Of a stretch of 64,000 nucleotides of DNA, positions 45,669-56,007 are shown piece after piece. The notes beneath the pieces were generated by a model. The model made no database searches. It was not told the origin of the DNA and worked only from the letters and a program-made list of their open reading frames with translations. The stretch is taken from NCBI GenBank assembly GCA_903832855.1, contig CAILDB010000014.1, positions 64,144 to 128,143 on the forward strand, given 5' to 3'. The position numbers and the translations under genes were made by a program. Every line of letters starts with the position of its first letter. Within the stretch, counting starts at the first letter, position 1. Source of the stretch: an uncultured bacterium. Its GTDB lineage: Bacteria > Patescibacteriota > Minisyncoccia > Phycocordibacterales > GWA1-40-21.

Positions 45669-48600
45669 ATGGACAAAAAAGCCCAAAAAGAAGCAAAAGA
45701 AGAAAAACCTGCGACTGTGGGTAAGGTTTTAAAAAGCAAAATTGCCGAAAGGGAAGAAGAGATTTTGAAATTCTGGCAGGACAATAAGATTTTTGAAAAA
45801 ACCTTGAAAAAAGATTCGCCAAAAGGTGAGTTTAAGTTTTACGATGGTCCTCCATTTGCGACAGGACTTCCGCACTTCGGGCACATTCTTGCTGGGACAA
45901 TGAAAGATGTTTTTGGTAAATATGAAACGATGCTCGGAAAGCATGTGGAAAGAAAATGGGGTTGGGATTGTCACGGTTTGCCGGTGGAAAATATTGTAGA
46001 AAAAGAACTAGATTTAAAATCCAGAAAAGATATTGAAATTTACGGAGTTGAGAAATTTAATGAGATGGCGAGAAAAAGTGTCGTGAAATATGTGGACGAC
46101 TGGAAGAAAATTGTGCCGAGAACGGGGCGTTTTGTGGATATGGAAGATGATTACAAGACAATGTCGCCAACTTATAGCGAAACTATTTGGTGGATTTTCA
46201 AACGGCTCAACGACAAGGGCTTGGTATCAGAGGGCTTTAAATCAATGCATCTTTGTCCGAGATGTGAGACGACGCTTTCAAATTTTGAAGTCAATCAAGG
46301 CTACAAAGACATCACCGATATTTCTGTGACAGTTAAATTTGAACTAGTTGAAGAACCGGGGACTTTTATACTTGCTTGGACGACGACTCCTTGGACTTTG
46401 CCTGGAAATGTTGCACTTGCCGTGGGTAGCGATATTGAATATGTAAAAGGAAAAATAGAAGGGCAAGAAGGAAATTATATTTTTGCAAAAGACAGGTCAG
46501 TCGCAGTTTTAAAAGACAAGAAATTTACTTTGGTTGAGGAGATACTCGGTAAAAAGTTGTTGGGCAAATCCTACAAACCTCTTTTTGATTACTACAATAA
46601 TGATGAATTAAAAAATAGAGAAAATGGATTCAAAGTTTATCCTGCGGATTTTGTAACTATTGAGGATGGTACTGGAATTGTGCATATTGCTCCTGCTTTT
46701 GGTGAAGACGATATGATCCTTGGTAAAAAGGAAAAATTGCCCTTCATTCAGCATGTTGGAACAGATGGAAGATTCAAAAAAGAAGTGGTGGATTTCGCGG
46801 GTGAACAAGTGAAGCCAAAAGAAGATCATCAGAAAGCTGATATTGAAGTGATTAAATATTTGGCAGGGAAAGGAACTCTTTTTGATAAGGAAAAAATGAT
46901 TCACTCATATCCACATTGTTGGAGATGTGATACGCCACTTTTAAATTACGCATCTTCTTCTTGGTTTGTAGAAGTTCCAAAAATCAAAGACGAACTCATT
47001 GCAGAAAATAAAAAAATAAATTGGGTGCCAAAAGAGGTGGGTGAGGGAAGGTTTGGAGAATGGCTTGAAAATACCAGAGATTGGGCGGTTTCTCGTTCCA
47101 GATTTTGGGGTGCACCGCTTCCTGTTTGGAGATGTGCGGAATGTAAAAAAACGCATTTTATTGGTGGTGTGGAAGAGCTCAAACAAAAAATCGGCAAGAA
47201 AAATAATTTTTTTGTAGTTCGACATGGTGAGGCGGAAAGCAATACCTTAGGAATTCTTAGCACGAAGGTTGAGACCAAGCATCATCTTACCGACCTCGGT
47301 AGGGAACAGGCAAAAGAAGTTTCGGAAAAGATTAAAAAAGATAAAATAGATGTCATTATCTCGTCGCCATTTTTGCGGACAAAAGAAACTGCGGAAATAA
47401 TTGCAAAAGAAATCGGCTATTCGGAAGACAAAATTATTTACGATAGTCGTCTCCACGAAGTTTCTGTCGGGGTCTTGGATGGTAAATCAGATGCAGAATA
47501 TCAAGCATATTTTGGCACAAGAGAAGAAAAGTTTTGGAAAATTCCTGAAGGTGGAGAAAGTCACACGGATGTCAAAAACAGAATGACGGAATTTTTGTAT
47601 GATATTAATTCTAAATATGAAGGCAAAAATATTTTGATAGTCTCACACAACACTCCGCTTTGGCTAATGTATGCAGGTATGAAAGGGATGACGCCAAAGC
47701 AAGCTATTGCGATTAGGGAACAAGGGGCACCTTTTATTCATAATTCCGAACTGATGAATTTTGATTTTATTCCAATTCCACACAACAAAAATTACGAGCT
47801 TGATTTGCATCGCCCATATATAGACGAAGTCACTTTTGCTTGCGGTTGCGGAGGTGAGGCAAAAAGAGTTCCGGAAGTTTTTGATTGCTGGTTTGAGTCT
47901 GGCGCAATGCCTTACGGTCAAAATCATTATCCTTTTGAAAATTTGGATAAATTTAATCCGGAAAAAGATATTGGTTTTCCTGCAGACTTTATTGCCGAAG
48001 GTGTGGATCAGACGAGAGGTTGGTTTTATTCCATGCTTGTTCTTTCTGTCGCACTTTTTGGCAGAAGTTCATTTAAAAATGTTGTTGTAAACGGAATTAT
48101 TCTTGCGGACAACGGTCAAAAAATGTCCAAGAGATTGCAAAATTATACAGACCCTTCTGAGGAAATGGACAGATTTGGCGCAGATGCTATGAGATATTAT
48201 TTGCTTTCTTCACCTGCCGTTCACGCAGAAGATTTTAGTTTTTCCGACAAAGGTGTGGATGAAGTTGTAAAAAAAGTAATAATGCGTGTGGATAATATTT
48301 ATTCTTTCTGTGAAATGTACGGCGGAGATTTGAAAGGTAGAAAAGTTGAAAAAGTTTTGTCGGAAAATGTTTTGGATAAATGGATTGTTGCTCGTCTGAA
48401 AGAGCTAGCAGGCGAGATGACAGTTTCTATGAATAAATATGAATTGGATAGGGCGACGAGACCTGTCGCGGATTTTGTGGATGATTTTTCTACATGGTAT
48501 CTTCGAAGATCTAGAGATAGATTTAAGAGTGAAAATATTCAGGACAAAGATATGGCTATCGCCACTACGCTTTATGCTCTAAAAGAATTTTCAAAATTAA

Positions 48601-49223
48601 TTGCACCATTTATGCCATTTCTTGCGGAGAGTTTGTACAAAAGAGCGGGAGGCACTTTACAGCTTGAAAGTGTTCATTTGGAAAATTGGCCGGAAGATAT
48701 TGCGGGCGAACTTTCTCCGGAAGAAAAAGAACTCATCGCCAGTATGACTGAGACGAGGAAAATTGTTTCTTTTGGACTTGAAGCGAGAGCAAAACTTGGA
48801 ATTAAAGTTAGACAGCCACTTTTGTCAGCAAAAATAAAAAGCCAAATTATTTTGCAAAAAAATGAGCTTTCGGCACTTGTAAAAGATGAGTTAAATGTAA
48901 AAGATGTTCTTTTTGCGGAATTGCTTTCCGGAGAAGTAGAGCTAGATGCGACGATGACGGATGAGCTTAAAGAAGAGGGAATCATGAGAGATATTGTCAG
49001 GGCCTTGCAGGAGCTTAGAAAAACAAAAGGATTAAATCCTGGGGATATTGCTTCTCTTGAAGTTCACACAGATGAAAAAGGTAAAAAATTTCTGCAGAAA
49101 TTTGAGAAAGAAATTTCAAAATTGACCGGAGTAAAAGAAATATCTTTTGTCTCTGAAGCAAAAGGCGAGGGAAGTGACAAACTATCTTCAGAAATTGCCG
49201 ACTTCTCTTTTAAAATTTTGTAA
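45669..49223 (+). CDS. ileS: Isoleucyl-tRNA synthetase with inserted histidine-phosphatase (PGAM-like) domain
   Basis: PHFGHILAG (HIGH) and KMSKRLQN; CP1 editing domain; zinc CxxC pairs; extra ~190 aa (FVVRHGEAESN...SSPFLRTKETAEII...SHNTPL) between the zinc knuckle and the DLHRPYID segment. Confidence 0.9.
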   Translation: MDKKAQKEAKEEKPATVGKVLKSKIAEREEEILKFWQDNKIFEKTLKKDSPKGEFKFYDGPPFATGLPHFGHILAGTMKDVFGKYETMLGKHVERKWGWDCHGLPVENIVEKELDLKSRKDIEIYGVEKFNEMARKSVVKYVDDWKKIVPRTGRFVDMEDDYKTMSPTYSETIWWIFKRLNDKGLVSEGFKSMHLCPRCETTLSNFEVNQGYKDITDISVTVKFELVEEPGTFILAWTTTPWTLPGNVALAVGSDIEYVKGKIEGQEGNYIFAKDRSVAVLKDKKFTLVEEILGKKLLGKSYKPLFDYYNNDELKNRENGFKVYPADFVTIEDGTGIVHIAPAFGEDDMILGKKEKLPFIQHVGTDGRFKKEVVDFAGEQVKPKEDHQKADIEVIKYLAGKGTLFDKEKMIHSYPHCWRCDTPLLNYASSSWFVEVPKIKDELIAENKKINWVPKEVGEGRFGEWLENTRDWAVSRSRFWGAPLPVWRCAECKKTHFIGGVEELKQKIGKKNNFFVVRHGEAESNTLGILSTKVETKHHLTDLGREQAKEVSEKIKKDKIDVIISSPFLRTKETAEIIAKEIGYSEDKIIYDSRLHEVSVGVLDGKSDAEYQAYFGTREEKFWKIPEGGESHTDVKNRMTEFLYDINSKYEGKNILIVSHNTPLWLMYAGMKGMTPKQAIAIREQGAPFIHNSELMNFDFIPIPHNKNYELDLHRPYIDEVTFACGCGGEAKRVPEVFDCWFESGAMPYGQNHYPFENLDKFNPEKDIGFPADFIAEGVDQTRGWFYSMLVLSVALFGRSSFKNVVVNGIILADNGQKMSKRLQNYTDPSEEMDRFGADAMRYYLLSSPAVHAEDFSFSDKGVDEVVKKVIMRVDNIYSFCEMYGGDLKGRKVEKVLSENVLDKWIVARLKELAGEMTVSMNKYELDRATRPVADFVDDFSTWYLRRSRDRFKSENIQDKDMAIATTLYALKEFSKLIAPFMPFLAESLYKRAGGTLQLESVHLENWPEDIAGELSPEEKELIASMTETRKIVSFGLEARAKLGIKVRQPLLSAKIKSQIILQKNELSALVKDELNVKDVLFAELLSGEVELDATMTDELKEEGIMRDIVRALQELRKTKGLNPGDIASLEVHTDEKGKKFLQKFEKEISKLTGVKEISFVSEAKGEGSDKLSSEIADFSFKIL
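47202..47768 (+). other. Histidine phosphatase superfamily (branch 1, PGAM/cobC-like) domain inserted in-frame in ileS
   Basis: RHGE catalytic motif, SSPFLRTKETA and SHNTPL motifs. Confidence 0.65.
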
Positions 49224-49795
49224 TGCATCATAAATATAGTACAGAGGCATTTATTTTAAAAAGTCTTCATCATAAAGATGCAGACAAGGTTTATGTTTTG
49301 TTTACAGAAAATTTCGGACTCATTCGTGCATCAGCTCAAGGTGTGAGACTACTCAAATCAAAATTACGATATCATCTCTCGGATTTTTCTTGTATAAATA
49401 TTTCTCTTGTGCGAGGCAGAGATTATTGGAGAATCGTCGGCGCAGAAAAATCAGCCGGTTTTATTCACGGAAAAATAAAAGATCCGGAAGTTTTGGACTT
49501 TTATGGGAAAATTTTCTCTTTGATATTACGGCTCGTTCACGGTGAAGAAAGAAACGACGAACTTTTTACGGCACTGAAAGGTTCGCTACTTGAGGCTCAC
49601 AAAAATCAGTCCAAAGGGCTTGAATGTTTGTCAGTTGCAAGAATTATGAGAAGTTTGGGGTATTTGAAAGTTGCTGGATTTGAAGAACTTTTCCAAAATC
49701 ACGAATATGATGAAAAAGTCGTCTGTCTCGCAGAATCAATGCATGAAAAGATAATTTTAGAAATCAACAAGTCGCTTAATGAAACACATCTTTAA
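49223..49795 (+). CDS. recO: DNA repair protein RecO
   Basis: N-terminal OB-fold pattern EAFILKS...DADKVYVLFTENFGLIRASAQGVR; start codon overlaps the ileS stop. Confidence 0.7.
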   Translation: MHHKYSTEAFILKSLHHKDADKVYVLFTENFGLIRASAQGVRLLKSKLRYHLSDFSCINISLVRGRDYWRIVGAEKSAGFIHGKIKDPEVLDFYGKIFSLILRLVHGEERNDELFTALKGSLLEAHKNQSKGLECLSVARIMRSLGYLKVAGFEELFQNHEYDEKVVCLAESMHEKIILEINKSLNETHL

Positions 49796-49813
49796 TGTGG
49801 TATAATATCGGAT

Positions 49814-51727
49814 ATGTTTGAAGATGAACAAAAAGATAAAGGCAGAATAGAAAATTTGAAATCTGAACTGTATTCCAGAAATAATGACATCATTAAGCCG
49901 ATTCGTAGACACAATGCTGGCAAAAATGATGGGACGATGGGGACGGCCTGGAATGATAATGATTTGGAAACTGAAGAAAGTGATTTTCCTTTTAAAAAAG
50001 TTCTTTTGGTTGCTTTTATATTTTTCTTGATTGCTTTTGGTTTTGCTTTTTATAAATTTTTTCTTGGTAATAATGTAATCTCTGGAAATAATATAGAAGT
50101 GATCATAAGCGGTCCAGTATCTGTGGGCGGTGGGGAGGCATTACCTCTTCAAATAGAAGTTATAAATAAAAATACCACTGCACTCGAGTCGGTGAATTTG
50201 CATATTGAATATCCGGATGGATTTAGAAACGAGACTGATGTTTCGATTCCGATGACAAGATATGATGAGGTCTTGGGTAATCTAGATATAGGTAAAAGTG
50301 TAACTCGTACTTTAAAGACGGTCGTTTTTGGAGATGAAAATAGTCAGAAAGATGTGAAAATTACAGTGGAATACAGGGTCCCCGGTTCAAATGGAATTTT
50401 TTACAAAGATAAGACATTTTCTTTTTTGATTAGTTCTTCACCAGTAAATATTACTGTAAAAAATTCTACAGAAGTAAATGCAAATCAGAAAATGGATTTT
50501 AATATTGAGGTGAAGTCCAATTCTTTGACAATTATTAAAGGTTTGGCTCTGAAAGCTGATTATCCTTCTGGTTTTGATTACAAATCATCGAGCATAACTC
50601 CTGGCTCAAGCAATAATATTTGGGATTTGGGAGATCTTCAGCCGGGAGCAACAAAAAATATAAAAATTTCTGGAGTTATTTTAGGGCAAGATGGTGAAGA
50701 GAAAGTTTTTAAATTTTCTGTCGGATTGAAAGATAAACTTGATGTGAGAACTATCGCTACGACTTTTGCTTCATTTAGTTCTTCCGTTCTTGTCAAAAAA
50801 CCTTTTGTTGGCATGACGCTTACAATTGACGGTAATTCTTTAGGCGATGTTGCCATACCAAGTGGACAAAATATAAAAGGCACGGTTGCTTGGGAAAATA
50901 ATCTTCCCGATACTATTTATGATCTTGAAATTGATGTTTCATTGAAAGGTAATATATTGGATAAGTCCAGCGTTTCTGCAAATGGTGGTTTTTATGATTC
51001 TTTAAACAATCAAATTGTTTTCAGTAAGCAAACCGGCTCGGATCTCTCTACTGTTTTACCCGGTGCAAGTGGAAGCGGATCGTTTGATTTTTCAACCTTC
51101 GATTCTTCATCGCAGACCGGTTCTGCATTTAGTAATCCTCAGATAAGTTTTGACATTTCTGTGAAAGGTAGGAGGACCGATAGTGCTACTGCTCCAAAAG
51201 AAATTTTCTACACACAGTCAAGAATAGCAAAAATTACTTCCGATCTTTCTTTGCTTTCAAGAGGATTTTATTTTTCAGGGCCTTTCAAAAATATTGGTCC
51301 AATACCTCCTAGGGCCGAAAAAGAAACCACATATACTATCGTTTGGACAGCTACAAATCCTACAAATAATGTTTTAAATACTAAGGTTACTTCATCTTTG
51401 CCTTCATATATGAAATGGCTCGGAGTGACGAGTCCAGTCACCGAAGATATTTCCTATGATTCAATAGGTAATCAGATTGTTTGGAATATTGGAACGATAA
51501 AATCTGGTTCGGGCATGACTCTTCCTGCGAGAGAAGTTTCTTTCCAAATTTCTCTTACTCCGAGTTTGAGTCAAGTGGGTTCTGCTCCCGACATATTAAA
51601 TCAGGCGGTTATTTCTGGCACGGATTCCTTTACAAATACAGATGTTGGTGAGACAAAGCAGGTCATCACGACAGAAATAAAAACAGATCAAAATGTTTCT
51701 TCCGGTGATGGGGTAGTTGCACAGTAG
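49814..51727 (+). CDS. Membrane-anchored extracellular protein with repeated beta-rich (CARDB/DUF11-like) modules, hypothetical
   Basis: N-terminal TM LLVAFIFFLIAFGFAFYKFFL followed by ~560 aa Ser/Thr/Asn-rich repeats. Confidence 0.45.
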   Translation: MFEDEQKDKGRIENLKSELYSRNNDIIKPIRRHNAGKNDGTMGTAWNDNDLETEESDFPFKKVLLVAFIFFLIAFGFAFYKFFLGNNVISGNNIEVIISGPVSVGGGEALPLQIEVINKNTTALESVNLHIEYPDGFRNETDVSIPMTRYDEVLGNLDIGKSVTRTLKTVVFGDENSQKDVKITVEYRVPGSNGIFYKDKTFSFLISSSPVNITVKNSTEVNANQKMDFNIEVKSNSLTIIKGLALKADYPSGFDYKSSSITPGSSNNIWDLGDLQPGATKNIKISGVILGQDGEEKVFKFSVGLKDKLDVRTIATTFASFSSSVLVKKPFVGMTLTIDGNSLGDVAIPSGQNIKGTVAWENNLPDTIYDLEIDVSLKGNILDKSSVSANGGFYDSLNNQIVFSKQTGSDLSTVLPGASGSGSFDFSTFDSSSQTGSAFSNPQISFDISVKGRRTDSATAPKEIFYTQSRIAKITSDLSLLSRGFYFSGPFKNIGPIPPRAEKETTYTIVWTATNPTNNVLNTKVTSSLPSYMKWLGVTSPVTEDISYDSIGNQIVWNIGTIKSGSGMTLPAREVSFQISLTPSLSQVGSAPDILNQAVISGTDSFTNTDVGETKQVITTEIKTDQNVSSGDGVVAQ

Positions 51728-51750
51728 ATTATTTATGATTAAATAGGGAT

Positions 51751-53142
51751 ATGGCAAAAGAAAATAAAAATAACGAATTGATGGAAAAAATAATTTCTCT
51801 TTGTAAGAGAAGGGGTTTTGTTTTTCCCGGCTCGGAAATTTATGGGGGATTTGCCGGTACATATGATTTTGGCCCTTATGGTGTAGCCCTCCGCAGAAAT
51901 GTAGTTGATGCTTGGACGAAAGCAATGCAGGAACATGAAAATATTTCTTTAATTGACTCCAGTATTTTTACTGTTGGAAAGGTGTGGGAAGCCAGCGGTC
52001 ATGTTTCTGGTTTTTCAGACCCGATGGTTATCTGCAAGGAATGCCACACAAAACAGAGAGCGGACCATCTCCTTTCATCTATTGAAGTAAAAGCTGATGA
52101 AAAAATAACTGAAAAAGAAATTAATAAAATATTTGATGAAAATCGGGATAAAATAAAGTGTCCTGTTTGTGGCAAGAAAAATTTTGGTCAGATATCGGCA
52201 AAAAGTCTACTTGCAACCTCAACTCTTGGTATGTTTGAAGAAGGCGATGCACAAGTATATTTACGCGGAGAAACAGCCCAGGGTATTTTTATAAATTATA
52301 AAAATATTCTTGACTCCGGTTTTAATAAAGTGCCATTTGGTTTAGCACAAGTTGGTAAGGCCTTCAGAAATGAGATAAGCCCGAGACAATTTTTATTTCG
52401 CAAAAGAGAATTTGAACAGATGGAAATGCAGTATTTTGTTCCCGAAAAAGATGCTAGAAAGGTCTATGAAGAGTGGCGTATTGAACGAATGGCGTATTAT
52501 GAAAGACTCGGGATTAAGAAAGAAAAATTAAAATGGAAGCAGCATGAAAATCTTGTCTTTTATGCGAAGGATGCTTGGGACATTGAATACGAGTTTCCGT
52601 TCGGTTGGAATGAACTTGAGGGTATTCATTATCGTGGGGACTATGATTTAACTCAGCATCAAAAATTTTCTGGCGTTGATATGTCGGTCTATGATGAGGA
52701 GACAAAAGAGCGTTTTATTCCGAATGTTATCGAGACATCTGTTGGTGTTGACCGTACAATTCTTATGCTTCTTTCAGAGGCCTACACAGAAGATGAAATG
52801 AACGGTGAAAAGAGAGTTTTTTTGCGTTTTAAGCCAAATATGGCCCCGGTAAAAATTGCTGTTTTTCCGCTACTCAAAAATAAACCACAGCTTATTGAAA
52901 AGGCGAGAGAAGTTTACAAAAACTTGAAAAAAGAATTTGGTGCTGTGATGTTTGATGATAATGGGAATATCGGTAAAAGATACCGAAGACAAGACGAAAT
53001 CGGCACGCCATTTTGTGTGACTGTGGATTTTGATACGATTGAAAAAGACGACACTGTGACTGTGCGTGATAGAGACAGTGGAAAGCAGGAGAGAATAAAA
53101 ATTGAGGAACTCGTAAATTACTTAAAAAATAAACTCGGTTAG
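51751..53142 (+). CDS. glyQS: Glycyl-tRNA synthetase (alpha2 dimeric type)
   Basis: RRGFVFPGSEIYGGFAGTYDFGPYG and class II motifs; anticodon-binding C-terminus. Confidence 0.9.
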   Translation: MAKENKNNELMEKIISLCKRRGFVFPGSEIYGGFAGTYDFGPYGVALRRNVVDAWTKAMQEHENISLIDSSIFTVGKVWEASGHVSGFSDPMVICKECHTKQRADHLLSSIEVKADEKITEKEINKIFDENRDKIKCPVCGKKNFGQISAKSLLATSTLGMFEEGDAQVYLRGETAQGIFINYKNILDSGFNKVPFGLAQVGKAFRNEISPRQFLFRKREFEQMEMQYFVPEKDARKVYEEWRIERMAYYERLGIKKEKLKWKQHENLVFYAKDAWDIEYEFPFGWNELEGIHYRGDYDLTQHQKFSGVDMSVYDEETKERFIPNVIETSVGVDRTILMLLSEAYTEDEMNGEKRVFLRFKPNMAPVKIAVFPLLKNKPQLIEKAREVYKNLKKEFGAVMFDDNGNIGKRYRRQDEIGTPFCVTVDFDTIEKDDTVTVRDRDSGKQERIKIEELVNYLKNKLG

Positions 53143-53232
53143 TTTTGTGGAGTCACTTGCGTAAGCCGCTATTTTGTGGTATTTTTTCTGTGGGTTAAAT
53201 AGTTTGTTCTTGAAAAGAAAGGAAATAACGAG

Positions 53233-53562
53233 ATGAGAAAACAAAAGGTCTTGTTTGCTTCTGCCATCATGATGGTCGGCGTTGCTCGAGCTTCAGTGGA
53301 GGGGGCCCTCAAAAAAATGACAGGAGCACCTGTTTCTAAAGAGAAAGTGGTCGGCGGAGAAGAAAAGGAAACAGTTTTTCTCAAGCTGGCACGGTCTTCA
53401 AGGCTTGGAATTGCTGAGATTGATGAAGTTACTGCTGAACTGTACCGTAATTCTCAGCGTCAGCGTTTTGGGCCGGCACCGAGGGTTTTGATCGGATTTA
53501 CGGGACGTAATGGTCCTAGTCGAAATCGTGGCCATATGGTTGCTTATGGGAAGGGTGGCTGA
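53233..53562 (+). CDS. Small secreted hypothetical protein (GC-richer)
   Basis: SD aaaggaa upstream; signal-peptide-like N-terminus; terminator 53578-53600 downstream. Confidence 0.35.
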   Translation: MRKQKVLFASAIMMVGVARASVEGALKKMTGAPVSKEKVVGGEEKETVFLKLARSSRLGIAEIDEVTAELYRNSQRQRFGPAPRVLIGFTGRNGPSRNRGHMVAYGKGG

Positions 53563-53577
53563 AGTGAAGTGTAGTTT

Positions 53578-53600
53578 GGCCCCGCGGAGTACGCGGGGCC
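53578..53600 (+). terminator. GC hairpin terminator (reverse complement of the 28196 hairpin)
   Basis: ggccccgcggagtacgcggggcc + ttttctttt. Confidence 0.6.
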
Positions 53601-53634
53601 TTTTCTTTTCTCCCTTTTTTAGTATGATACCCAT

Positions 53635-54903
53635 ATGAATTACACAAAAGAAGTTTTGCCAAATGGGATGAGAATTATTGTTGCGCCCATGAAAGAAAAT
53701 CCTACAGTGACGGTTTTTGTTCTAGTTGAGGCTGGTTCAAAATACGAAAAAAAAGAAAATAACGGAATTTCGCATTTTCTGGAGCATATGTGTTTTAAAG
53801 GCACGACTAAAAGACCAACTCACAAAGAAATAACAACCGAGTTCGATGGACTTGGTTGTGATAGCAATGCATTTACTAGTCAGGAATACACTGGCTATTA
53901 TGCAAAGTCAGACAGTGCAAATTTTGAAAAGATTTTGGATATTGTGTCTGATATTTATCTCAATTCGACTTTTCCAGAATCAGAAATTGAAAAAGAAAAA
54001 GGCGTTATCATTGAAGAAATAAATATGTATAAGGATCTTCCGAAGGCAATTGTTTCAGAAGAATTTGTAAAATTGCTTTATGGTGACCAGCCAGCAGGGT
54101 GGACTATCGCTGGTAATAAAGAAAATATTTTAAAAATTAAAAGAGAAGATTTTGTAAATTATCGTAAAAATCATTATGTAGCAAGGGCGACCACTGTCGT
54201 GGTTGCAGGAAATGTAAATGAAAAGAAAGCTTTTGAACTTGTGAAAACAGCTTTTGCAAATATTTCTACAGGCAAAAAAGAAGAAAAGAAAAAGGTGACT
54301 GAAACTCAAAATAAACCGCGAACAAGTATTTATTTTAAGGATACCGACCAGACGCATATTGTACTAGGTGTGCGTTCTGTGAATATGTATGATAAAAAAA
54401 CTTCTGTTGCAAAATTACTTTCTGGAATTCTTGGAAGGGGAATGTCATCACGACTTTTTACAAAAATGCGGGAAGAACTCGGAATTTGCTATTACATTTA
54501 TGCCGTACAAGATTCTTCCACAGATCATGGAGCTTTTGAAGTCTCGGCTGGCGTGGATACAAAGAGGATTGAAATCGCAATCAAAGCAATTCTTGCCGAG
54601 CTTACTCGTGTGAAGACAGAATTGGTCTCTGATGAGGAATTGAATAAAGTTAAAAAGATGCTTGTCGGAAAGCTCAAGCTCAATCTGGAATCATCCGATT
54701 CTATCGCAGAGTTTTACGGTTTTCAGGAAGTTTATAAAAAGAAAATTAAAAGTATGGAAGACAAAATCAAAGAAATTAATGCAGTAACTGCTAAAGAGAT
54801 TCAGAAGTTGGCAAAGGAGATTTTTGTGGACAGTAAGCTCAATTTATCTATAGTAGGGAAGTTTAAGGACAGACTCCCGTTTGAAAAAATACTAAAGTTC
54901 TAG
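53635..54903 (+). CDS. M16 family zinc peptidase (insulinase-like)
   Basis: Inverted zinc-binding HxxEH motif GISHFLEHMCFKGT. Confidence 0.8.
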   Translation: MNYTKEVLPNGMRIIVAPMKENPTVTVFVLVEAGSKYEKKENNGISHFLEHMCFKGTTKRPTHKEITTEFDGLGCDSNAFTSQEYTGYYAKSDSANFEKILDIVSDIYLNSTFPESEIEKEKGVIIEEINMYKDLPKAIVSEEFVKLLYGDQPAGWTIAGNKENILKIKREDFVNYRKNHYVARATTVVVAGNVNEKKAFELVKTAFANISTGKKEEKKKVTETQNKPRTSIYFKDTDQTHIVLGVRSVNMYDKKTSVAKLLSGILGRGMSSRLFTKMREELGICYYIYAVQDSSTDHGAFEVSAGVDTKRIEIAIKAILAELTRVKTELVSDEELNKVKKMLVGKLKLNLESSDSIAEFYGFQEVYKKKIKSMEDKIKEINAVTAKEIQKLAKEIFVDSKLNLSIVGKFKDRLPFEKILKF

Positions 54904-54944
54904 ATTATTGCTTTTTGGTTTTCTCTATGCTAGTATTTACGACT

Positions 54945-55457
54945 ATGGAAAAGAAAGAAGCGTCAGAGAAAAAAGAGAATAGTAAAATATACGAAGTGGG
55001 CTACCACCTCGTTTCTTCTATTGCAGAGGAAAATATTCCTGCTGAAGTTAGTAAAATAAAAGAAAATCTTCTAAAAGAAGGTGCCGTTATCATTTCAGAA
55101 GATAATCCAAAGCTTAGACCGCTTACTTATACTATTAAAAAGGCTTTTGGTGGAGTTTACAAGAAGTTTGATAAAGCATATTTTGGTTTTATAAAATTTG
55201 AACTCACAGAAGGAGACATCACAAAAATTGATTCTTTTATGAAATCAAACGAGTCAGTTCTAAGATATTTGGTTATCAAAACTGTTAGAGAAAACACGAT
55301 GTTTTATCCAAAGTCACTTTCATTTGTTGAAAAGGAAGTTAAATTTAAACTTGAAAGATCCGAAAAAGCACCAAAAGTAGAAAAAGCACCAGAAAAACCA
55401 GCTTCAATCGAGGAAATTGATAAATCAATAGACGAGCTTGTGGCCACTGGATTATAA
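54945..55457 (+). CDS. rpsF: 30S ribosomal protein S6 (with C-terminal extension)
   Basis: YEVGYHLVSS...RPLTYTIKKAFGGVYKKF...VLRYLVIK; canonical rpsF-ssb-rpsR order. Confidence 0.75.
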   Translation: MEKKEASEKKENSKIYEVGYHLVSSIAEENIPAEVSKIKENLLKEGAVIISEDNPKLRPLTYTIKKAFGGVYKKFDKAYFGFIKFELTEGDITKIDSFMKSNESVLRYLVIKTVRENTMFYPKSLSFVEKEVKFKLERSEKAPKVEKAPEKPASIEEIDKSIDELVATGL

Positions 55458-55486
55458 TTTATTTTTATTAATTTAATTTTTCAAAT

Positions 55487-55951
55487 ATGTATTTAAACAA
55501 AGCATTTGTAATCGGAAATTTAACAAGAGATCCAGAAATGAGAGCTATGCCATCTGGAGGTCAAGTTACATCTTTTTCTGTTGCTACAAATAGAGTTTGG
55601 AAAGATAAAAGCGGAGCCAAACAAGAAGCTGCAGATTTTCACAACGTTGTTGTTTTCGGTAAACAAGCAGAGACCGTTAGCCAGTATTTAAAGAAGGGAA
55701 GTAATGTCCTCGTAGAAGGTAGAATGCAGACAAGAAGCTGGGAAACTGATGGAAAGAAAAATTACAAGATGGAAATTATTGCGGACAGAGTTCAGTTTGG
55801 TCCAAGACCAGCAGGTGCGGGTGCAGGAAGCTACACTCCAAAGACAAATGGAGCAGAACAAACCGCAGGAGGAGATAATAAAAAAGCCGACAAAATGGAT
55901 ACAATAGATTATCCAACAGAAGAAATTAATCCAGAAGATATACCTTTTTAA
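55487..55951 (+). CDS. ssb: Single-stranded DNA-binding protein
   Basis: OB-fold MYLNKAFVIGNLTRDPEMR...; acidic C-terminal tip DIPF. Confidence 0.9.
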   Translation: MYLNKAFVIGNLTRDPEMRAMPSGGQVTSFSVATNRVWKDKSGAKQEAADFHNVVVFGKQAETVSQYLKKGSNVLVEGRMQTRSWETDGKKNYKMEIIADRVQFGPRPAGAGAGSYTPKTNGAEQTAGGDNKKADKMDTIDYPTEEINPEDIPF

Positions 55952-55989
55952 TCCCAGTAGTAAAGAAATCAGAATTTCTTACTACGGGA
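55952..55989 (-). terminator. CCCCGTAGTAA hairpin family (inverted copy) directly after the ssb stop
   Basis: tcccagtagtaaagaaatcagaatttcttactacggga. Confidence 0.55.
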
Positions 55990-56007
55990 TAAATTAAAAA
56001 TAAAAAT

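Noticed and set aside
47202-47768. Intein in ileS
   Set aside because: No Cys/Ser at an N-terminal splice junction, no HN/Asn C-terminal junction, and no homing endonuclease motifs. The insert has clear PGAM/His-phosphatase motifs instead.
53233-54903. RiPP-type cluster (small precursor + M16 protease)
   Set aside because: The 109-aa protein has a signal peptide and is not peptide-precursor-like. No radical-SAM, cyclodehydratase or transporter genes are adjacent.
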